Part shown: positions 58,058-64,000 of the stretch, piece after piece | Layout: every line of letters begins with the position of its first letter | Position numbering within the stretch: position 1 is the first letter of the stretch | Source: an uncultured Gemmataceae bacterium | GTDB lineage: Bacteria; Planctomycetota; Planctomycetia; Gemmatales; Gemmataceae | DNA length: 64,000 nucleotides | Assembly: GCA_963750165.1 (NCBI GenBank) | Contig: CAVVPN010000004.1 | Coordinates: 1,216,001-1,280,000 of the forward strand | Reading direction: 5' to 3' | The notes under the pieces: model-generated | Told to the model about the DNA's origin: nothing | The model's database searches: none | Seen by the model: the letters and a program-made list of their open reading frames with translations, nothing else | Made by a program: the position numbers and the translations under genes

Positions 58058-59233
58058 TCAGGCCGCCGCCGGTGATCGGAAGCGTCGCTCCAGCGTGTTA
58101 ATAAACCGAAGCAGATCATTGACTCGGGCGTGCCATGAGTTGCTGCGGGCGACCTGGACGGCCTGTCGGTGCACATCAGGAGAGCGGCTCAGCAAAGTGG
58201 TTTCCAGGGCGGCGCGAAAACTTTCCCGCGAATCAGCCAACCGAATCGGCCCCGGAAAGCTCTCAAGTTCGGGAAGCCGCGTGGCCACTACCGGCAAACC
58301 AAGTGCGTAATACTCCAGGAGCTTGAGCGGGTTCACCGCTCGGGTCAATTCGTTGAGCACAAACGGGATCAGGCCAACGTCAAAATAGGAGGCGTAACGC
58401 GGCAGATCCTCGTAAGGAACATGGTTAAGGATCTTGATATTTTTCTTCCTGTCGATCTTTTCGAGGGAAACCTCAGCGCGGCCGATAATGAGAAAGGAAA
58501 CCTGTGGGAAGCAATCCGCAAGGAAGGCGAGAAGGTCAATGTCGATCCATTCGCTCAGTAAGCCGAAAAAGCCGACGACCGGCCGCGGCAGTTGCTCCAA
58601 CTCTGGAATGGGAAAGCCGCTGGCAGGTCGGTGAAAGTGATCGAAGTCAACACCGTGGGGCAGGCGTAGCAGCGGCAAGCCGTGCGGGCGTTTGCCCGCC
58701 AGGTATTTGCTGGTGACGGCCAGACCGTCCACGCAACCGAGCAGGTCGCTTTCCAGCGTGCGCCAGCTGCGGTGATCGATGCCGGGGTAATTCAGGAAGT
58801 CGTCCACACAATAGTACAATTTGATGTTGTCGGGAAAGCACTGGAAGAAGTCAGCCGAGACCGGAAACGTGGTCAGGAAAATCGGATCCCGAATATCATG
58901 ACGATCTCGCAACCGGGAGAAACTCCGCAGAAGTAATGATCGATTGATGTTCCGAAAAAATGGCCCGAACAGGGGCGCCAGAACAGGCGAAACCGGATGG
59001 ATGCCCGATGGTTCTGCCGAAACCGGGCCGTGCGCACGGCGGAACGAAAGCCAGGACCAAACGGTCCTCCCGACCTTCCAGAAATCCAGGCGAGCCAACT
59101 TCGGCATCCGGCACAGAGTGTTGAACCAAAAAACGCGGTTGTCGCGGGCGATGTACTTGAACAGGTGAAACGCGGAGGACGGCAAATCTCCCAGCGTATC
59201 GGAGAACACGACGAAATCCCTTCCCTTAATCAT
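58058..59233 (-). CDS. GT-B glycosyltransferase (TuaH-like)
   Basis: YYCVDD, HGVDFDHF, GFFGLLSEWID and NPLKLLEYYALGLPVV. Confidence 0.85.
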   Translation of the reverse strand: MIKGRDFVVFSDTLGDLPSSAFHLFKYIARDNRVFWFNTLCRMPKLARLDFWKVGRTVWSWLSFRRAHGPVSAEPSGIHPVSPVLAPLFGPFFRNINRSLLLRSFSRLRDRHDIRDPIFLTTFPVSADFFQCFPDNIKLYYCVDDFLNYPGIDHRSWRTLESDLLGCVDGLAVTSKYLAGKRPHGLPLLRLPHGVDFDHFHRPASGFPIPELEQLPRPVVGFFGLLSEWIDIDLLAFLADCFPQVSFLIIGRAEVSLEKIDRKKNIKILNHVPYEDLPRYASYFDVGLIPFVLNELTRAVNPLKLLEYYALGLPVVATRLPELESFPGPIRLADSRESFRAALETTLLSRSPDVHRQAVQVARSNSWHARVNDLLRFINTLERRFRSPAAA

Positions 59234-60464
59234 GGCGGTTACTCCGCGTCCTGGAACATAACTTCTGCTGGAGGGATTGCACAATGCGTTGCGCAGCCCG
59301 ACCGTCCCCGTAAGGGCTGCCGGCGTTCGCCATGCGCTCGTAGTCCGTCTGGTTTGTTAATAACCCCACTGCGGTGGCGACGATCGCTGTCTGGGAGGTG
59401 CCCACGAGCACGGCCCCGCCCGATCGGACCACTTCCGGACGCTCGCTGTTGTCTCGCAAAATCAGCACGGGTTTCCGTAGTGCCGGCGCCTCTTCCTGCA
59501 CTCCACCGGAGTCGGTCAGGATCAACGTGCTGACACTCATGAGGAATGAGAACACTTCGTAATCAAGCGGAGGTAGCAAGATCACGCGCTCTTGATTGGC
59601 CAGCAGACTTCTCACGACGCCTGACACCGCCGGATTCGGATGGACTGGGAACAGGACCATGATGTTATGTACCCGGCGAATGAGTTCCAGCAGAGCCCGG
59701 CAAATGTTGGTCAACCCCTCACCGGCAAGGTTCTCGCGCCGATGGCTGGTGACCAGCACGAACCGATAGCCTTGCTTCGCGCGTTGATAGTTCTTCCAGA
59801 GCGATTGAATCTTTGTTTCACTCTCACGACGCCGGGTGGCCACGACATGTAACAAAGCGTCAATAACCGTGTTGCCGGTGTTAACAATGCTATTGGCCGG
59901 CACGCCCTCCCGGGTAAGTTGCAACACCGCCTCCCCCGTCGGGGCGAAGAACAGGGAGGACACTGAGTCAATGGCCCGGCGATTGAACTCCTCGGGGAAC
60001 GGCGAATCCGGGACCCCGGAGCGCAGCCCCGCCTCGACGTGGCCGACCGGAATCCTCCGATAAAACGCAGCGAGTGCCGCAGCGTAGGCCGTGGTCGTGT
60101 CACCATGAACCAGCACCAGCGCTGGTCGCGCTTCCGCGAAGAACTGGTCAAACCCCGTCACCATGCGGGCCGAGATGGCGGCCAGCTGCTGGTTTGTGGT
60201 CATGACGTTCAGGTCGTAGTCCGGTGTGATACCGAACAGGGCCAGTGCTTCATCCAGTAATTGCCGATGTTGGCCCGATAGAAAGACGATGGGCGTCAGA
60301 GCCGGCGTGTGACGCGCGGCCCGGAACAATTCATTAATGACCGGGGCCATTTTGATGGCTTCCGGCCGAGTGCCGATCACCACTCCGACTTTGCCGGTAG
60401 CCGACGCCCCCGCCGTCGTGGTGCTGAAAACCTGTGGCGATTGCAGTAATTTTGGCATCAACAT
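59226..60464 (-). CDS. wecB: UDP-N-acetylglucosamine 2-epimerase (non-hydrolysing)
   Basis: GTRPEAIKMAP, GQH, VHGDTTT, GHVEAGLRS, HRREN, TDSGGVQEEA and PYGDG. Confidence 0.95.
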   Translation of the reverse strand: MLMPKLLQSPQVFSTTTAGASATGKVGVVIGTRPEAIKMAPVINELFRAARHTPALTPIVFLSGQHRQLLDEALALFGITPDYDLNVMTTNQQLAAISARMVTGFDQFFAEARPALVLVHGDTTTAYAAALAAFYRRIPVGHVEAGLRSGVPDSPFPEEFNRRAIDSVSSLFFAPTGEAVLQLTREGVPANSIVNTGNTVIDALLHVVATRRRESETKIQSLWKNYQRAKQGYRFVLVTSHRRENLAGEGLTNICRALLELIRRVHNIMVLFPVHPNPAVSGVVRSLLANQERVILLPPLDYEVFSFLMSVSTLILTDSGGVQEEAPALRKPVLILRDNSERPEVVRSGGAVLVGTSQTAIVATAVGLLTNQTDYERMANAGSPYGDGRAAQRIVQSLQQKLCSRTRSNRHD

Positions 60465-60498
60465 TTCCCGTCGTTCTCGGAGCGGGCGCCAGCGAACT

Positions 60499-61416
60499 TT
60501 ACACTACTACCGCTTCCGGTTCGGCCGTCCGGTGAGCACCGGCCAGTTGAGATACCGTGCCGAATGAAAAATCCTTCAACAGCCGGGCGAACCGGCTTGC
60601 AGTCTTGCCGATATTCAAATAGTGGCGCCAGTTCGACAGGAAGCCACCCTTTATCCTCGGCTGCTGGGGGTCAAACTCCCAGGGGTGTAGGTAGACCACG
60701 GCCGGGCGCCCTTCCCTGTTCAACTCGGCCAGGAATCTCCGGTTCATGGCATAGGGCATCATGCGAAAATAACCGCCGCCACCAACCGGCAGCGAAAACT
60801 GAAACCACTTGACGACGCTCAAGGGTATTTCGGTGATCATTCCAGCCCGCCGGAGCATCTGATAAGGCATTCCCGGGGAATGATTGATGCCGTATCGGTC
60901 GTGTTTGATCGGAAAAATGCTGGAATCGATGGTGAACCCCTCCTCAATGAGCACGTCCAGGGCCCAGAGGCTGCTGGCGTCGATGGAGAAACTCGGCGCC
61001 CGAAAGGCGCAAATCGCCGAGCCGCTGGCGTCTTCAATCACGCGCCTGGCCAGCCGAAGATCGTTCCGAAACGTCGCCGGTAATTGCCGGTATACCAACT
61101 GGTGCCAGTAACCATGACAGCCAACTTCGTGGCCTTCCTCTACAATTCGCCGGATGAGCTTCGGGTAGCGGTCGGCCACCCAGCCGAGGACAAAAAATGT
61201 GCCCTTGCTCGGCGTCTCCGCCAGTAAATCCAGGACGATGTTCGTCGCAAACTCGACCCGGGATCGGTAGCCCTCCCAGCTCCGCGGGCGGATCATTCTG
61301 GAAAACCCAGAAACGTGATAATAATCCTCAACGTCAATAGTGAGCGCGTTGGGCGGCAATGCGATGTTGCCAGTCCCCTGTGCATAACCCGTGACGGGCT
61401 CAGTGGTGCCGATCAT
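60499..61416 (-). CDS. Polysaccharide deacetylase (exosortase/XrtA-system type, DUF3473)
   Basis: TIDVEDYY, TFFVLGW, HEVGCHGYWH, FRAPSFS, GGGYFR and YLHPWEFDP. Confidence 0.9.
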   Translation of the reverse strand: MIGTTEPVTGYAQGTGNIALPPNALTIDVEDYYHVSGFSRMIRPRSWEGYRSRVEFATNIVLDLLAETPSKGTFFVLGWVADRYPKLIRRIVEEGHEVGCHGYWHQLVYRQLPATFRNDLRLARRVIEDASGSAICAFRAPSFSIDASSLWALDVLIEEGFTIDSSIFPIKHDRYGINHSPGMPYQMLRRAGMITEIPLSVVKWFQFSLPVGGGGYFRMMPYAMNRRFLAELNREGRPAVVYLHPWEFDPQQPRIKGGFLSNWRHYLNIGKTASRFARLLKDFSFGTVSQLAGAHRTAEPEAVVV

Positions 61417-62462
61417 GAATGCTCTCTCCTCTCTGATCGAAAGCTGCTGGCCCCCAAGAACAGTTCCTTGACCAGCCCCGTCGCGGTACCGAGGTGTACC
61501 GTGAGAAAAGCCGCGAACACCAAGAGCAACGTCAGCACGTCCGGTCGTCGCCGGTAATAGATACGAACCGTTTCCAGCAGCAGGGCCAGGAAGTATGCCA
61601 GCACGGCGGCCAGTTGCGGCAGCAACAACCAACGGCAAAACAGGACCGATAACGGGACAGCGATGAACAAAACCCACACCGCGAGCGGGCAACATAACGC
61701 CACGGAAAATGCGTCCGGATGTTTACGAATCAGCCGCGCCCGACCCCGCCCATACCGGACCATCTGGCGGAACAATCCCGCCAGAGTCGTCCGCGGCGCG
61801 TAGTCAAGGCGGATGGCCTCCGAGAAGAAACAGCTAAACCCCTTCCGGCGCAGGCGGTGATTCAGTTCCACGTCCTCACAGGCATCGAAACGTTCGTCGA
61901 AAAGGCCAGCCCTCGAGAACACGCCGCGGCGGTAGGCCACCGCGACACTGGTTGGGTCGGCGTACACGCTGCCGCCGGAGTAGATCAGGGACGATGGATT
62001 GTGACCGACCCAGGACGACCGCGCCAGCGCGATCGCGCGCTGAGCACGGGTTACACATTCACCCTCCAGCGGTTGGGGACGGCCCAGGCAGTCCGCATCG
62101 GAGATCTCAAACAGCCGAATAATTGACTTCAAATACTTCCGATCCTTCAGGTCGCAGTGGCCGTCCACGATCACCACGTAATCGCCGCTGGAGTTGTTAA
62201 CGCCGATATTCCGACCAGAACTGGCCAGCTTGCCGGGGTTATCTACCAGCGCCACGCAGGGGTAACGGTGCGCGAACCGGCGGACGACCTCTCGCGTATC
62301 GTCCACTGAGCGGCCGTCGGCGACGACCACCTCCAGAGCCCCGGTCGGCAAATCCTGCGAAACTAACTGGCTCAGGACTTTCTCAATGTAACGGGACTCG
62401 TTCCTGACCGGGACAACCACGCTGACCGTGGGGGCAATGGGCATGCGGTGTTTTCCTCCCAT
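61413..62462 (-). CDS. Glycosyltransferase, GT2 family (ExoA-like)
   Basis: VSVVVPVRNE, DGRSVD, VDGH, EDVELNHR, QMVRYGRGR and C-terminal TMs. Confidence 0.9.
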   Translation of the reverse strand: MGGKHRMPIAPTVSVVVPVRNESRYIEKVLSQLVSQDLPTGALEVVVADGRSVDDTREVVRRFAHRYPCVALVDNPGKLASSGRNIGVNNSSGDYVVIVDGHCDLKDRKYLKSIIRLFEISDADCLGRPQPLEGECVTRAQRAIALARSSWVGHNPSSLIYSGGSVYADPTSVAVAYRRGVFSRAGLFDERFDACEDVELNHRLRRKGFSCFFSEAIRLDYAPRTTLAGLFRQMVRYGRGRARLIRKHPDAFSVALCCPLAVWVLFIAVPLSVLFCRWLLLPQLAAVLAYFLALLLETVRIYYRRRPDVLTLLLVFAAFLTVHLGTATGLVKELFLGASSFRSERREHS

Positions 62463-62501
62463 GGAATGGACCCGTCCGTATTTGGTGATCGCATCTCGGT
62501 C

Positions 62502-63143
62502 TTACCGAGCCAGCGCCAATACTTCCTCCTCCAGGGCACGCGCCAGGCGGGGCAGGAGGTCGCCGCACACATCCGGGCTGGGCGCGTCGTTGAGGTTCTC
62601 CAGTTCGTGAAGGACGTATAACTTGTGCAACACCTTGTTGCGATGAAAGCTCAGGCGCGGGTTTTTGGAAACCGTCCAGTTCCCGTCGGCGTACCACGTC
62701 CAGTAGATGCGCAGGTTGTTCTGTTTACCGGTTCGGTTTTTCTTGAACCGGGCGGTATACACGTCTCCGGTTCGACCGTCGGTACAGGTAAACGATTCGG
62801 TGGATTGCGGATCCATGTCATAGCCGATGGCGGCATAACAGACATCGGGCGTGTGAATCGACACCTTGCCGGGCCGGCCGCACCCCAGGAACACCTTGAT
62901 GCGCTTGCCCGTCTCCGCATGCTGGTAAAGCACCTCAATGCTGGCCGCCAGACCGCTGGCCTTACCGGTGTGATTGTCCAGCACCTCGCCCTTCCACGGG
63001 CCAAGTTCCATCGGGAAGTGCTGGAAATTGTTTACCGCCGCCTCCAGGTCCTGCGGGTCCATCCAGCGGTCGGTCCACATCCCGTGGACGATGCCCGAGG
63101 CAAGAATCAGGCCGCCACAGGTCAGCAACGCGAGAGCCTTCAT
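62502..63143 (-). CDS. Exosortase-associated EpsI-family protein
   Basis: N-terminal TM, GMWTDRW, P...GPWKG, HTPDVCY..GY and LRIYWTW. Confidence 0.8.
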   Translation of the reverse strand: MKALALLTCGGLILASGIVHGMWTDRWMDPQDLEAAVNNFQHFPMELGPWKGEVLDNHTGKASGLAASIEVLYQHAETGKRIKVFLGCGRPGKVSIHTPDVCYAAIGYDMDPQSTESFTCTDGRTGDVYTARFKKNRTGKQNNLRIYWTWYADGNWTVSKNPRLSFHRNKVLHKLYVLHELENLNDAPSPDVCGDLLPRLARALEEEVLALAR

Positions 63144-63166
63144 GGCTATTCCTTTCGTCATTCCGT

Positions 63167-64000
63167 TTACGCGCTCGCCATCTCCGCCGGGATGCCGCTC
63201 AGCACCGCTCCCAGCACCGGAACCTCCAGGGCGATCAGGCGGTTCAGGGCGTTACCCACCCAGGGCGACCGGCTTACGTTCCGCATCAGGGAAATCAACA
63301 CCGCGTCCACATGCTGGGCAATCAGCAGCGAGTCCGTCGCGGCCAGGAGCGGGTGTGAGTCGATGATGATAAAATCATATTCCTCTTTCAGTTGGCTAAT
63401 GAACTCCGAGAGGATCGGCGTGGCGAGTTCCTGGATCACCTCGCGGTCCCACTGACCAGCCGGAATGAATGACAGGTTCGGGTGCGTCGTCGTGGGCCGG
63501 ATGGACGCCTCCACCGGCACCTCGCGGGCCAACACCTCACAGAACCCGGGCTGCAACGTCTGCTCAAACACCTGATGGAGCGTCGGCCGGCGAAAGTCGC
63601 AATCGACCAGCAGCGTCCGCTTCCCCGTTGCGGCCAGGCTCACGGCCACGTTGTAGGCGAAGGTGGATTTTCCCTCGCCGGCGGCGGCGCTGGTCACCAT
63701 GATGAGGCGGGCCGGGTCGGACGTTTGGCGGCGCAACAACATCGTGCGAATGCAGTCCACCGACTCGATCAGGTCGCGGGAACTACTCATGTCCATTTCA
63801 AAGAAACTGCACACCTTCCGCGGTCGAGCGATCCCCAGGGGCGGGATGGTACCGACCACGCGCAGGCCGAACTGATTCGTTACCTCGTTGGGGGATTGGA
63901 TCTTGCCCATGCGGCATTCAAAGTATGCGATGCCCAGGCAAACCGAACCCGCCGCGAACAGCGGGGCCAGCAGGATGATGATGAGTCGCTTCTTCGCGTC
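63167..64000 (-). CDS. wzc: Wzc-type polysaccharide biosynthesis tyrosine autokinase, C-terminal part (5' end outside the window)
   Basis: TM helix at the window edge. ESVDCIRT, Walker A AAGEGKST, A' DCDFRRP and B IIIDSHP. Confidence 0.88.
   Translation of the reverse strand, partial: DAKKRLIIILLAPLFAAGSVCLGIAYFECRMGKIQSPNEVTNQFGLRVVGTIPPLGIARPRKVCSFFEMDMSSSRDLIESVDCIRTMLLRRQTSDPARLIMVTSAAAGEGKSTFAYNVAVSLAATGKRTLLVDCDFRRPTLHQVFEQTLQPGFCEVLAREVPVEASIRPTTTHPNLSFIPAGQWDREVIQELATPILSEFISQLKEEYDFIIIDSHPLLAATDSLLIAQHVDAVLISLMRNVSRSPWVGNALNRLIALEVPVLGAVLSGIPAEMASA

Overview
A GC-rich bacterial window, most likely from a planctomycete (Gemmataceae-like). This is inferred from two DUF1501 genes, a DUF1080 gene, a PQQ-propeller gene, a TIGR03067-like domain, an EALEDRTVP planctomycete export motif and typical palindromic repeats. 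From left to right it contains: (1) an accessory chaperone operon (TPR protein, J-domain protein lacking HPD, GrpE, Hsp70, Zn-ribbon protein) followed by a REC-GAF regulator; (2) an ABC exporter, a DUF4214 surface protein, an acyl-CoA dehydrogenase, an FAD oxidoreductase, a GNAT, a VanZ-like protein and an amidohydrolase; (3) a ~5 kb island (25.1-30.4 kb) between two deletion-damaged pseudogenes, encoding an astacin-like metzincin plus three exported low-complexity proteins with (YGSPV/T)n, Met/Ala/Pro-rich and (QAPVM)n tracts, Cys-Pro segments and C-terminal coiled coils, which is the best candidate for an undescribed system; (4) an LMW-phosphatase-SUI1 fusion, a pseudo-caspase-S41 protease fusion, a GH13 enzyme and a c-di-GMP module (REC, GGDEF-PilZ, Ser/Thr kinase-PilZ); (5) a second ABC-2 system, tandem DUF1501 genes and a Wzx/Wzy exopolysaccharide cluster that runs off the right end. 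Intergenic DNA holds several REP-like palindrome families and two MITE-like elements with (T)AGAGCGG ends. About 13 genes have 1-2 bp frameshifts, mostly at GCGCC sites, which are probably sequencing errors. No rRNA, tRNA, CRISPR array or transposase was recognised. All family calls come from reading motifs by eye, with no database searches.
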